DNA from: Bugula neritina
Taxonomy: Eukaryota; Animalia; Bryozoa
DNA: 64,000 bases
NCBI GenBank assembly: GCA_964035545.1
Contig: OZ037771.1
Span: forward strand, 5,179,190 to 5,243,189
Direction: 5' to 3'
Position numbers and translations under genes: made by a program. Each line of letters opens with the position of its first letter. Position 1 is the stretch's first letter. Under the pieces are notes generated by a model. The model did not search any database and was not told where the DNA came from. It worked only from the letters and a program-made list of their open reading frames with translations. Positions 13,901-28,800 of this stretch are shown in pieces.

Positions 13901-16900
13901 TAGCACTCAGGCTCCTTTAACAGAGAAATAATTTCATGGAGGTTAGAAATATTCTTAAGTTATTGAAACTTTAAATTTTCCACTAAAAGTTCCACTACAG
14001 TACAAAGTTTTTCACTAACCCGAGTATGGAGTATAGAAAGAGTGTCTATCCAGACTCTCCAGCCACCAAACTCCAATCGAATAGCATGATACAAAAGAAT
14101 TCGAAACAGTTCCATCACATCAGCACTTATCTGTGTGTTGATTGGTGTCTGTGGGTACACTTCGGCCAATGAGAACAGCCAGTCTTGCCAAACTGACATT
14201 TGCAAGATTGTTCTAGAACAAGAGGATTGAAAGATGAATGTTTCTGTATAAAAGTTGAATAAAACTTTGCAGAAGTATTTCTCACAGCTGAGCTACTTTC
14301 TATTACAGAGCAAGTGCTTGTTCTACATAAAGGTTATGAACAATTGAATAAGTTATGCTTAGGCCACTATAAAATACGAACTCATCCGGGATGAGTTTTC
14401 ATTTGTAAACAACACTTTTGGAATAAAATTCGTGCCCCCTTATAAATAATTGCAAATAAAAGGCAGCCCCAAAATAGACCTCCTATTCAAACCACTTTTT
14501 AATGACTTCAAGACAAAACGCTCAGCAAAGTTTCAATAAAAATGAAGTTCACATAAACTGTGTACCGGCGGTTGTCTTCATTATCTTCACAGAGTGCGAT
14601 GAGGTCATCCAGGAAGAGTTTCCTGACATCATCAAGTTCATCGCATGGTTTAGATTGACAGATGATCTTGGCTATCACCTTCAGTATTCCTGTCAGACAC
14701 AAACACATATACATGTATTGACAGTAACTACTGGAAGATATAATACCTGGCAGAACCTGTGTATTAGGGCCAAGGGTATAGACAGAAGTGCTAACAAAGA
14801 ATCATAACACAAGTATTATAGATTATATCTAATTTCTAATCACATGCTGCAATTTAGTCAACAAAAGAGTTGTGTGCTCCTGGTTTACACAAGATATGTT
14901 TGAATAGTGTGTCACTCATGGACAAAGTATTTCAATATGAAGGTTATTTATCAGAATTTCTCGCGTATTAACTTGAGTATAGGTCGTAGAAAAATGCATT
15001 AATTTCAAACACAGAAAACACCGTAAAGTGAGATCCAGGAAGAACCCGAATGCTGGTGCGCGGTGAGCACAGTTAATACGAGTATGAGAGACATAGCAGC
15101 GGGTCGTAGCAGACTAGCAGACACTAACCAGGGTTCTGAATGATATGCTCCTCAGATCTGAAGGGCGGGTGGGGTTCAGTGACAATCTGATTGGCCATGC
15201 GCTCCACCAGTATCTCAGACAGTACATTGTATATGTTCATAGAGAGGTGCGTGTCACTGGCTATCAGCTTCACTCCCAGCAGAGAAAAGAGGTTTGATTT
15301 GTCCATACATTCAGCCTTACGCCTGCAGAATAGTATGCTAGTATAATAGATACAACTATACATACTGTACATACAATATATACAACTACACATACCGTAT
15401 ATATAATACATATAACTATATATGCTGTACATGTATATAATATATACAACTATACATACTATACATATAATATATACAACTATATCTACTCTTGTACTGA
15501 TTTACACAAACTTACACATAGTTATGTAAACATATAGACAAACCTAGATGTACTTCTAGAAAGGAAATGTCCCAGTAGCTTTAGAGCTTGTATCCGAATA
15601 GCCTCTGTACCAGACTCTAGCAACTTGAACACTACTCGTAGGCCATTCTTAGCATCAAATAACGGCACCATTGAAGAGGGCAGATGAATCATGAACAGGA
15701 CGAGTAAATGAAGCACATCGTACAGGTTCTCAGCCTACAAATAGATCACACCAATAGAGAAAGTAGATAAATAGATAGTAGATAAAAAAAGTAAGCAGGG
15801 CATTGGTTTAAAGCATACAGCAAGTAAGCAAGCATCGTTCAATAGCTTTATGGGTAAAACAAGAAACATGTTCGCTTTTCCTTTTATGTCAATATACACT
15901 GTCCACCTAAACTTTTCAACAATGTGCAAAAATGTCCATTTCTAAATTAAACTAAAAGTAAGCAATTTTCAGAATGATAGACTGAACATTTGCTAATCTT
16001 CATTATGTAACCAGCCGTTTGAATACACTGTAAAATATTCCAGTCAAATATGAAAACTCCTTTAAAACCATATTTATAATTATTACATTAGTAACTTTCC
16101 AAAATTGAGTTACATTGAAATACAATGTAGATGCGACATAAATTAACAAAATTGTACAATTGAGGAGAATTTTGTTGAAAATAAGTAACACATTATAAAC
16201 TAGTACATGCGATGACTGTATTACCTCACTAACTGTTGAGGCAAAGTTTAGCAGACATTGGAGCTCATCTTCCAGGATTTCCTTAGAAGAGGAGATGACC
16301 CTATCAATGAAAGCTAATAACAACCCACGGATCTGTATTATCTCTTCTTCACTGGGCCTGGCTTTGACTGTGTTTAACAAACATTACATCATCTTTATTA
16401 TAATAATACATCATCAAGTAAATAAATGAAATGAATCAACTATCAGTGGCCATCAAACATGAATAATTCTTAAACAAAATAAACTGTTATAAAATAAACT
16501 TAACATCAAAAGTTTTACGTAGCAACAAGTGGTAAAGTTATTCTAAAAGTAGCCTTACTGCCTTGTTTCACAGACCTCTACAGTGAAAAAAAGTTCTGAG
16601 TCTGTACGTAGCTGACTAACCTGTGCCGCGAGGTTTGATACCGCTGAGAGGCTGCGGGTTGACCACCCAGTAGTAATGCTTTATGGAATGAACGATTTGG
16701 AGCACTGTACTGACTCTTCGCAGTGGGTTAGTCTGGAAGGGTATGAGGACCAGGTACTCTGAGGCTAAGTATTCATACAGCATCATCTGCACCTGTAGTT
16801 ATATACAATGCAGGGGGTTTAGATATTCATGAAATACATGCTACTGGCACTGGTATTGTGAGCTGAACCCGACTACCCCCCCCCCCCGAATAATGTTACA

Positions 16901-19900
16901 TACGAGTGTGAACACAGCTAAGTGTAATGCTGAGCAGAAGATGATACTAGCCTGGGGGTCAGCGTGTATCCACAGAGACGGGTTGAAGAGCAGATGATCA
17001 CTGATGTGTCTGATAAGAGCTCCAGCAGAGGGCAGCATAGTGAAGTGTTTAATCAGTCCGATAATACAGCCTACTGTGTGAGCAGTGAGGTGCTGGGGAG
17101 AAGCCTGTAATGTGCAATGCAATGTACACTGTAAGTATAATGTACAATGTAAGTATAATGCAACGTACAGTGTAAGTATAAAATAGAGATGAAGTGAGTT
17201 TTACTATGAAAATATACAAGTATCGGTTCTAGGCATGTGCAGTTTACAACAGCAATAACATATTTGTCATTATCAATTATAGCAGCATTCAATGATAAAT
17301 CAACGAAATGATTTGACATTTTACTGACAGAATTTTCTTGAACCATGCTGAAACTTGTTACATAGTATTAGGTTGACATATTATTTCACTGTTTATACTT
17401 GTATATAGAGCTAAATATTGGTCAAGAAGTGTGGAGTGTGTATTACAAACTATACAGTAGTTTACACTCACTTTACAGACATTTTTAGTCTAAAATTTTA
17501 ATAAGCTGATTATTCTTAAGAAAACACAATATACCTAACATAAGCAATGTGGTAACATGGCATTGTGCAACATGTCTCACAAAAGGCAGTTGCTCTGGTG
17601 ACTGTTTCATACTGCTTTGTATAATATGCTTATTAATAATCCTAAGCAATTACATGTTTGACTGAATGACTGCTGGGAACTAACATTACAGTTGATTATG
17701 TTACATACTAGATGCATGAAACAATCTTTTCTCCAAATTCTAACATTTGTAACAACTCTTTAATGCAATTTCATGTTTTTATGAAAAAATAATACAACTC
17801 CAAAATAATTAGAAGTTGTCAATTTCTAAAGCACAATCACTCCAACTCAAGAAAACAACCCAACACACACTAAAAAGTTATACGACAAATAAATCTCCTA
17901 TTAAGTCACAAAAACTTTTTAAAGTTATAACACCGTAGTTTTAACAAAAGGATGAGCACAATTCAAAATGAAAATGTTTGAAAGCCATGCGGAGTGGAGG
18001 CTGCGGATGTTTCAGCCATTCATGATTGATAGAAAGAAAAAAAGTACTGTTGCAACACTAAGACACATGATACATGATCGTACATCCATTTTCTATCTTT
18101 AAACAATAACTGAAGGCCTCATCATATCTCATGCAACGGGCACATAGAAAGCAGAGTATTGACTGGCTAGTAATAGTATTAGTAGTATGACTAGTAAATT
18201 AGTACAACAGAGATAGCAACGGTTACCAATGTCAAAAGGCATTCCAAGGTCTATGAAACTTATGCCAGAATCCCAGTATAGATCAGTGTGATTGTCTTCA
18301 CCTGAGAATCGCTAACAAAACAAGGTCTGTTGAGCTGTGATTGAAATGTGAAAGTGAAATAAAAGTTGTTCGTCATAAATTGAATATCCGGACTGTGTTT
18401 TGACAGCTGTCAGTAATAGCAATGTTAAAAATTTTATATTTGTGATAAAATAAAAATGATATTTTCACATAATTATACTGGACTAGCATAAGTTTCAGAG
18501 CCTTTCAGGTTTGCAGTATGGTATATAAAGGCATACGAGTCTGATACTACAAAGCCAGACTGTACTGGACTGCAGTATCACTACTGGGCAATGCATCACT
18601 CTTCTGTCTACTCACTCTTTTATGCCGACCCTGTCGAGGATTTGCTGTCTGTGAAGACATGAGTAATGGATATCACAAATCAGAGAAATGTTTACAAATA
18701 CCTAACCAATCATTTTGTAGAATAGAAATGACCACCCATAGCCCTATTGACTAATTAAAAACTTGTTCTCAATATGATCAATGAGTCATATGTTCCCAAT
18801 GTGACCAATGAATAGCATGTTCACTTATTGCCTTTCCATTTCCTAAATTCCAATCATAATTGTATTAGCAAATGTATAAAACTTAGGCGGCAAGACCTAA
18901 AATAGCTTTAATACATAAACTTCAAAAGTTGATTCTAAAAATATGGTTCAAATGGTGACAATTTACAATGTGGGTCAGGGCCAGGTTCAACTGCGCATTT
19001 CTAACTTCATTAAATTATTTTCAAAATTTACAAATTTGAGTAGGCAAAGTGTATTATGCATTGCAAAGGTCTGAGGCCTATCTCTGCCTTTAGTTAGTGG
19101 AACATCCATTGAGAACAAAATTAATTCTCAAGTAGAAAGTGAACAATCAATTAGTGAGTCAGTTAAAATGACGAGTAGAATTAAATTGTGTGTAGTGATG
19201 ACATTATTTTTAAAATAAAATTAATGATTGAATGTAAAATTATTGTAGCTTTAATGCATAATTGAACCCAGCCCTGGTTGGAACCTGCCAACATAACTCA
19301 AGTGCAGCAAATAAAATAGATGTTTATAGCCACTACATAATTAACAGAAATACGGTGCACTAAACAAGTAAGCATGTAAGAAAAGTGAGTGATGGCAATA
19401 TTGCATGCCATTGTAAGCAGAATAAATTCTGAAGTTTACACAAACATAACTTGTAGATAAAAGTCAAGTCACTTTGCTGCCCAGCAATTACCACAAAGTG
19501 ATGTACGAAATTACCACTCCATCAGCTACTGCTCTACTCAACCATCTATTTGGTGAAAATTATATTTCTGAAACAGCTATACACTAACTCAGTCAGACTG
19601 GTAATTCTACAAACACTAAACTAGAGATAATATTTTATACACCAGTAATAATCAAATTAAATTAAACCAACTAAAATAATTATATTGAATATAATTATAA
19701 TTATAACCTTGATCAAAAATAAATATACTAGTGATAATTAATTGATAATAAATTATAAAAAAATTTGTTTCGAATTCTGTTCATAATATTCTAGAAAATT
19801 TTTAGCTAAGCGCTGTGGTGAAATAAGCATAATGTAACAAGTACTACTCCTAGTATTATATAAGTATATATTACCTCCTCCAAAAGGTGGCTGATGACCA

Positions 19901-22900
19901 GAAACCCTCGAGACTGTATCATCTGCTGCTGCAGAGTATCTGAGTTCTTGAGGAGGTCACATAGAAGGTCAAACAGAGTTGTGCTACAATATATATTATA
20001 CTGCGTCGATATATATTATACTGTATCATTATATACTACAATATATATTATACTTTATTAACATATATTACAATATCATCATTGTAATATATCAACATAA
20101 TATATCAACATGTACTATGTAAATATATCAACATAATATACTATAATATATCAACATAATATATCAACATAATATACTATAATATATCAACATAATATAC
20201 TATAATATATCAACATAATATATCAAAATAATATACTATAATATATCAACATATACTACAATAAAGGACCCAGTACCATCATGCTAAATGTTAACACAGT
20301 GAAATAACACATAGTAAACTGGGAATAGGTAGAAGGTGGCAAGACACAACTGAAAGACAGGTAAGAAATTCACTCATAGATATGAATACTGACCAGACAC
20401 TTCTATCATCTTCCACAGTCTCCTCCTTGGCACAATCCAGCTGGTGGAACAGCGGAAACAGCATCTTCAAGACACAACACAGGCATTCAACTACATAGTT
20501 TATTCATTAGATGAACTCCCAGCAGTGAGAGACAGTGCTGTATATTCAACTATCTCTATACTGAATGTAACACAAGATGCATGGTGTGTTATTATATTGA
20601 AAAGAGGTTTTCTTACACTAGATATGAAGACAAATATACTGTTAAGTAGAAGATCACTTACTCATCTACATTGAAAGACATGTTTTTACATCTTATTAGT
20701 AGTTTATTTATAAAATAAATAAAACACTAATAAAAGAAGACAGCAACAAAACACAAACTACTAAGTAGTAAGGAAAGATCAATCAGCAAAACAAGTTTCA
20801 TATCAAGTAAAAGATGCTATATTCATTTAATTATGAAGTGTTAGCAGCTTCATAATGATATTGCTTAAAATATGCATTTTTATAGAGGGCTGCCAGCCAT
20901 ATAACTACAATTTGCAATAGCGAATAAATACACATATTTGGTCACCATACATACACGCACTACACAGTGTCACAAATGCATCATTTCCATACCAAATAAA
21001 GGCCAACGCACCTGAATTCCTCCCAGGGAGTGAAGAGTGCTGTGTATAGAGTGAGTAACAACGGCCTTGACATCTGACATCATAACGGCGTGCGGTGAGT
21101 GCATGAACAGAGTCTGATTGTTGGTGGGAGTGGAGTCTAGACAGACATGAGTATCACATGCTACCGGAGTGTACATGAGAATGATGGAGTTGGTGAGCTT
21201 GCCGTCATATATTATCTGTACAGAAGAAATTTTATATTAAATGCTTTATGTCTAAATACTTATATTTATGTTCTATAAAAACGAGTAAAACCAATAGCCT
21301 TACCAGGCTAGAAAATGCAGACAACACAATATTACAATTAATATATTTCCCATTCAGGCCAGAGTAGAGTTGTCTACTCGATACACCGGATAGCATCACA
21401 GCTGAAGTAGTGGCTTTAATGTGAAATCGGACTTAGCAATGAAGGCGTGTAGAATTTAATAATGCCAAATAAAACTCAAGACACCTGGTAGCATCTACTA
21501 GAACTGTCTCAATTTAGAATGGCAGTATCGAACATTTTAGCTGAAATACTTACTAGAAGGAAATGGTGAAATTGTGATATAGCAAAATTCTATATAAATT
21601 TCAAAACACCATAAAATTCAAGCCAATAGTAAATGAAACAATCAATAAGTAATAATATTCAGTAACTTTAAAAAATAATACTCACTCTTTTTGTGACTTC
21701 ATTCACATGAGCCGGACTCTCGTTTCCATATATAAACTGACCCTATAATACCAATATATCAGCATGACATCACAACTACAGTATATACTTATGTAACTAC
21801 ATAACTACAGTATACACATGTAACTACATAACTACATCATACACTTGTGTAACTACATAACTACAGTATACACTTGTGTAACTACATAACTACAGTATAT
21901 ACTTGTGTAACTACATAACTACAGTATACATTTGTGTAACTACATAACTACAGAATACATTTGTGCAACTAGTATATACCATCACACACCTTGTAGGCTG
22001 GTCCCAGTTGGTAAAGGGCCTCTACTGTCACGGTTGATAGCGCCTCATTAAACATGTATATAGAAGACATCTCCCCACAGAACGCATTAACAGCCTGAAG
22101 ACCTGGCGCTGCGCCAATATAGCACTTGTCAAAGTTCTGTAAACATATATAACATTCCTCAATACTACCATGCCTGTAATTACTACATATTAATAGTATA
22201 TATAACTATATTACTACTGTATATAGCTACTAAGAACTAGTACTATGTACTTAAAGGAGTGACAAGTCTAAAGAACGTATCCAAGCGACTCCTTAAATTT
22301 GACACTTGGTGGTTTCAGAGGGTTTCAGGCTCAACCAACACGTCTAACTTAAACTTATCTTCCCCATACAAACAAGGTTTGGAGTTATGTGACCTATACA
22401 AATGAAGCTGGGGAAACTGTTAGGAACCACAGAAAACTTTCCTGAGGCTACTAAAGTTTGAGTAAATAGTAAACTTTTTAAGGATAACAAAAAGCATCAC
22501 CAGAACTGTAGCACCTGCACAGACTGTCAGTGTGTACATCAATGAGAAGTGTTACTATGATGACTAACCTCTGAGGTAGAGACAAACCAAGGCATGTCTA
22601 TTGTACTGATGAGCGCACCATTGACATAGCACCTGATGAGACTAGTCTTCCATCTGTTATATACGTATGCCAGACACACGTGGTACCACTGCAACAGGAA
22701 ATACTGTTAGTAATGTGTACATCTAAACAAATAGACTCAAATACTGATTTACGTGGTCATATGTTATGGCATCACGTTGCGAGTTTTTGTCACCAACTAT
22801 TTATAAATTAAAATATCTGAGCTTCAATTTAAATTATAAAAAACATATTTATATAAAAAAGTTTCAAGTGAATTTATATGAAAGAGTAAATCTTGCCTTT

Positions 22901-25878
22901 CTGGGTTCGAAGTTGAAATTCAATGAGCCCTGAAATCCCTTTCCTGGCCCCCTATTGGATGTGATGACAAGAATACTGCCCATAAAATGTGCCGAGTAGC
23001 CCATGCCACTTTTAGTCTGAAAGCTGCAAGAGTCATTGCATACAACAATTATGTGTATACAACGATTATAATATATGAAACGATTAAATATATGAAATGG
23101 TTATATGTATAAAACTGGTACCAGGATTGTTTGCTGCAAATACAACTATTATTATATAATTATAGACTAAAGCCCTTGAGTGTACTAGAGTATTTACCAG
23201 AATATCTACCAGAATACTAGAGTATCTAGAATACTAGAGTATCTACCAGAGCTGCTACCAGACCAATAGAGAACTACCTACCAGAACACAAAGGGTTTTT
23301 CCTGTTCAATAGACACGCCTGCAAATGGATCCAAACACAGCCATAAGGAGAATGACCAGCCTAGCTGATAAGGCCACTTCTGGGGACACATGGGAGGCAG
23401 TGCAATGGCTGCCTGCTCACTACCAGGGAAACTGAAAAACTCGTCTGGTCCATGTCTTGCTGGCATTTGTTGTAAAACCTAAAATATTATACAGTCTATT
23501 ATTCTCCCTCAAAACTCATCAAGAATGATGTACATAATACAACGATATATTGTAAAAAGAATGGATAATATAATATTCTGTGAGAAGGGTGAATATAGTT
23601 GGTAATATCCGGCAAGAACAGTGTATATAACAAAATAATATGTGAGGGGAATGCAATAATAAAACATTTTAAGCTAGAGGTGTATATAGTATAAGACCCT
23701 GTGAGAAGGGTGTATGTAATGTGTAATATCTGCTAAAATAAGATCCTGCCGGAAGATGTGTAAACAAGTAGAGAGGTGAGCCAACCTTGAGAAGCTTAGG
23801 GGCACACTGGGGCCACTCGTTGTCAACAGCCTTGAGTTTGGTGAAGAGCAGTTGAAGTTCGTGTACAGTAATGCTGTACCCTGCTAGCACTGTCATCATA
23901 TCCATTAGTAAATCTACAAGTACACAGAAAAGGAAAGACTCAGATATGCCATAGATTACGGCTGCATCATGCTAACAATGACTAGAGGAGTATGTTTTGT
24001 GAACAAAGGAGATGGTGAGTTGCGTGTCTACCACTCACTACAATTATGAGTGTATTATCAGATAGGAACTGCTGATAGAAAAATTAAATGGTATTTCTCC
24101 TAGTGGGTGCTGTTAGAAACATTATGCAGCACACTTTAACTCAGAGTCTATACAGACAGCATATAGTCTGACTATCTACTAGGTTCCTTAGAGGCTACTG
24201 GGGGTGTCTACTAATCCTGGCCAACCTTTATCAAGAAACTAGACTATACAAACAGCTAGTATCAAACATTATCAACTATAACATAAAAATTCAATTATTG
24301 TATCAGAAAATTTACAGGGAAAACATAAATCCAATGTTTGCTCAAATCTAGGAACTTGAAATAAAGCAAACCTACAGACAGGATGTGCTGACCTATAATA
24401 ACAGAATGTTTACCTCCAATCATGGGACTGCAGCTGTCTATTCTCTCCAGGATATACTGAATAAAATGAGCCTCGGTGAATGCCAACAGATTTCTTCTAC
24501 TTTTTCTCAATATACCACTGAGCATGCTCCAGATTTCCGCCTATACAACAAATCACCATGCTTAAACTAATTCTCGCAAAAAACAGGTTAATTTAGCATA
24601 TCTTCCAAGCAAAATTTCCTCTAAGAATAAGGATGTTATTTAATAGTTTGTTACAATATGATTGATAAATAAAATGTCACTCCAAAAACATTTTAGAAAC
24701 TTTTAAATCTTGCGATCTCGGATTCTTACCTCTGCACTAGGCTAGCTAATCAGCTGACAGCACATTGCATTATTTTCGAGTTTCATTTAAAACAGCAAAC
24801 ATTTACATAGTGCTATCAAAGTCATATGCTGAAAAACTAGATAAAGGGAACTTTCTAAATTTAATGCAACACACCTGCAACTTTTCAGAGCAGTGATTCA
24901 TAAATTTGAGCAAATGTCTAACATTCACGGAGCTCCTCACAAGGAAATTGCTTTCCAAATCAAACTTCTCACCAACAAGCTGCAATGAATGAATAACAAA
25001 GAAATATATATCGCTGCTGAAAAGAGAACATAATTCTAGTCAACACATATTACGGAGGAGAAAAGCCTTGAGACACGTCTGTGAAACATCAGAAACAAAT
25101 CTTAGAACAAATCTTTGTTGAAACAAATCATCAAAAACTAACAGGCACATTAAGGCAACGAGGTTGTCAACATGAAGATTTCTTAGCTAGAAAAAGTTTA
25201 TGTATCCAATAGAGAATATTTAATAGGAAAATGCTTTTGTGGCGCTTTTCAAATTACTTTTTGTGAGTCGTGTGAAGAAATGTGTGTTTGAAAGTAGGTA
25301 CATAATCCTACTCAGAAAACGGGTTTTGAAGAACATCTGATTAGGGTATTTTAACATATTAGCTGGAAGTGCGACTGACAATTGAAATTTGATAATAATG
25401 TAAAAGGTTTTGCTTTCCATGAAAACAGCTCATAGCTTGGCATTAAAATATTGCTTCAAGTACACGTGTCTATAGGGTTGGTAGAATATATATATATCAA
25501 CACTATACAAGCAGAGAAACTAGTTATATAAACTGGTTATTAAGTAAGACTCTCTACTAGAAGCTTTGACGTTACCGCATTGAGAACTGCATCTACAACA
25601 TCCCTGTCAGTAACACTCTCTCTCTCATCCGCCATCAGTATTTCAAGATATGCCAGCTGTTTGAGAGTATCTCCGGGAGAGTGACCCATGATACGGTCTA
25701 CGATTGATGAACTTCTTTCCAGTTTATCGCCACTAGGTACGCCATTGTCAGGTAACTGACTAGCCTTTGGGGCAGCATTGCTGTCAGCAGAATCTCCTTT
25801 TCCGTTCGGAACATTTGGAGTAGTGTCCGAGTCATCCACATCTAGTGGAATATCCTGCAGATCTGCTTCACTAGCCAT
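4957..25878 (-). CDS. NBEA: Neurobeachin/LRBA-family protein, multi-exon, partial (BEACH/WD40 exons expected beyond the left edge)
   Basis: Exons encode [34 protein letters not shown]...[89 protein letters not shown] and the PH-domain start GPVSLST...GTLSIT...KKLDPK. ATG at 25878; last visible donor at 4956. Confidence 0.93.
5052..5460. repeat. ~100-bp tandem repeat duplicating the acceptor and first codons of the NBEA PH exon
   Basis: gacacagggcct recurs four times (ctgagtgctcagtgacacagggcct in most copies); the real exon is 4957-5093. Confidence 0.8.
5630..5820. repeat. Degenerate (ACT/ACC)n microsatellite in an NBEA intron
   Basis: Low-complexity trinucleotide run. Confidence 0.8.
7400..7880. 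repeat. 26-bp minisatellite (caccacagcactgtatacactctact)n in an NBEA intron
   Basis: Well over a dozen near-identical tandem copies; source of the 261-aa periodic ORF. Confidence 0.92.
10830..11755. repeat. ~25-27-bp minisatellite (gtgtaagtagcatgtantagagagg)n in an NBEA intron
   Basis: Direct tandem array with variant units. Confidence 0.9.
21772..21975. repeat. ~30-bp minisatellite (gtaactacataactacagtatacactt) in an NBEA intron
   Basis: Direct tandem copies. Confidence 0.8.
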
Positions 25879-28800
25879 GACTGCTCATGAGCAATCTCTA
25901 TTCCTAAAACTTACCACCAAAAACTGTTTAGGAAAACAGTTCCAGGTAAAAGCTGTACATTTAACACTTAAAAGTCAGTCATAATTTAGATACCAGTCTT
26001 TCAATTACGTAAAACCCACACCATTTGTTTCTGCATTAATAGCTCAGCATATATATATATATCCAAGTCCAATTTTAAAACTCAAATTTTTAATTACTAA
26101 CTCAATAAAAATAATGGTAATAAATAAGTTTCTAATTGTATATCAATTCAATAAACACTATTCTACTAATGATGGTAATGAGCATCCATAGACTATAGAT
26201 AAGGTATAGCCCCTGTCATTATTATAGTGGCCATGACTGTAATCAGTGTGACTTTTACTCAACAAATATGACGTCAACATTATCACTCAATAGTATACAG
26301 TAACCTAACAAAATAATTATCTATATTGGTCCACTATAATGGCAAGACTCCAACATTTACTATATTATAGTAGTTCTCAGCGAACTGTTAGCAATAGTTT
26401 AGTAATATTCATAGTGTGTTACCAGCAGCATTGTTAAAGCAGTTAACTTTAACTTTAACAGGCAAACTATCAAATAGCATTGCAGTAATAGTTGACTAAA
26501 GCTATCAGTATAAGCCTGGTGAAGTTATGTCACTATTTTAGTTTAATTATAAATGTATTGTAAATACAATACTTATTACAATAACCAATTATAATAACTA
26601 TAAGTATGAGTATTCTAATTATTATAGTATGAGCATCAGTATGAATATTGTTGTACGCCTTAAATCTAATAGCAACTTTAGGAACAAGCATTATTGTAAG
26701 TAAGTAAATTAGTATGTGCAAAAAGGGCAACAAGAAGCAATTACTTGTACTGATAGTTATTTACTATAGATGGTTCAGAGCAATATTAACATATATTTAT
26801 TACTACTAGTTAGTAACTAGTATAGTACAGTTACAAAAGAATGAGATTTAGTAGGGTTATTAGTATTACTATAGTTATAACTATAGTAGTCATACAGTTA
26901 GGTATCAAATACCAAAACTGAATTTATGATTACTGATGTCCATACTGAGACTATACAATTTTAGCGCTTTTAGATTTAAATTTTATAATTAAAATTTATT
27001 CAGTTGATTCACTCAGTTTGCCTTATGGATTACTCATAGTTTTAGTTATATTTATTAGTAGCATTGCCTCTGTGACAATGGGCATAGCATATTTAATCAA
27101 AATATAACATTTTAATTCTTATGCTTGTAGTAAGTATAATATTAATTTACTTTTATTTTTAGCAGTTGGCAGTCATTACATTTACTGATTACAGATTGCT
27201 AATCTAAGACTAATGACTCATACTCAGTCTCGTACTCATTATAATGAATATCATCATGATAATTTATAGAATGATACAACATAGTTATCATTATAATCAA
27301 TAACTTTTACTTATAGACTTATCACTTAGATTATAAGTATAACTTATTACTTCCATTTTTATTTTACTACATTTAATCATTACTGATTAATTTTAGTTTT
27401 ACTTTTACTTTTAGACTTGCCCTTAGTCTTACTCTTAGCCATAAATCATGATAATAACAAATTTGAAATATTAAGCCTAGCAATCATAGTGATACTAATA
27501 CTTATATTGATAGACTAGTCAAAGTCAATGGATTTATTTTTATTTTAAAATCAAGATGTCAACTCATAAGTTATATTATTATTGATTAATTATTATTTTT
27601 AATATTTCAATGATGATACTTATACTCAGAGTCAGAGTGATTCTCATACTTGATACTGATACCTATACTTATAGCTATACTGATCACATTTAATAACTTA
27701 GGTTTACGGATTAGACTAATACAGTTTAGGCCTTAGAGTTTATACTTATTTTAATTTTGACTTCAACTTCAAACTTAAGACAAGTTTATTGAAGTTAGTC
27801 ATTTTTACAACTTTACAACTTACAGTTACACTATACTAAATCTAAAATATTAGACAATTGCACGCTTTACATTAATTCTGCAAAATATTATTATATAGTA
27901 CGCGTCATTTGCAATTTCCTGATTATGAGGCAATCTTAAAAATTGGACCGGTAATTTTATCCAAAAAATCTGTGTAGATCTTAAACTGAAAGTAAAAAAA
28001 AATTGTTAACCGGAAGTTTTACAGCGCATATAGCCACACAGATTTAGAACAATATGCCACATGTTTTCATCGTAATATGAATGACCTATTAATAAAAATT
28101 ACCGAAGTTAATTAATGAGTTTGAATTCTTGATGTGACTTATACTTTTTGAAAAGACAACTTCATATTACTGTGCTAATTTTTTAATAAGCTTATTAATT
28201 ATTAAGTAGTCTAGAAGTAACCTCCAATTATCTTTCACTCATTACACTTCAAGGGGTGGCCACGCAATTTTTGTAGAAATAAAAAGTTTGAAGGGTCCTA
28301 ATTAATCTGTGAAAACTCTAGACTGTTCTGTGCACCCAGTTAGCCACAAAAGCTCTTCAAACTTTTAAAATTAATCAGGAGTTGTTTTCTCTTAACGTTT
28401 TTGTGAATCGGCTAAATATTTTGGAATTATTCAAGCTAATTTATTTTAAATAAGCAATATAAATTTACTGATAATTATAGATACTTTTTTCACTTTTCTT
28501 TTATAAACACTCTAAATTTTTCTGTTTACCCGGTTAGTCACAAAAACTCTTTAAAATGTTACAGGAGTTGTTTTTCCACAACTTTGTCCAAATCCATTAA
28601 ATATTATTATCTTGAAATTATTGAAGCTAGTTTATTATATATACAAGCAAAAACTTTTGCAGATAATCATAGATGTGTTTTTCACTTCTCTGAGTTTATT
28701 TCTAGTGATTTTCTTGTGAAAAAATCTGAAAAAAGTGGATTATATATGGACGAAAACAAGCAAAGGAATGGGTTTATTAGTTATAAGGCAAACATTATTA

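Noticed and set aside
18976-19276. MITE-like segment with CAGGGC...GCCCTG imperfect TIRs
   Set aside because: No matching TSD visible; too degraded to classify.
27880-28050. CpG-containing patch with CCGGAAGT (ETS-like), a possible NBEA promoter
   Set aside because: Position is plausible but short motifs alone cannot support a promoter call.
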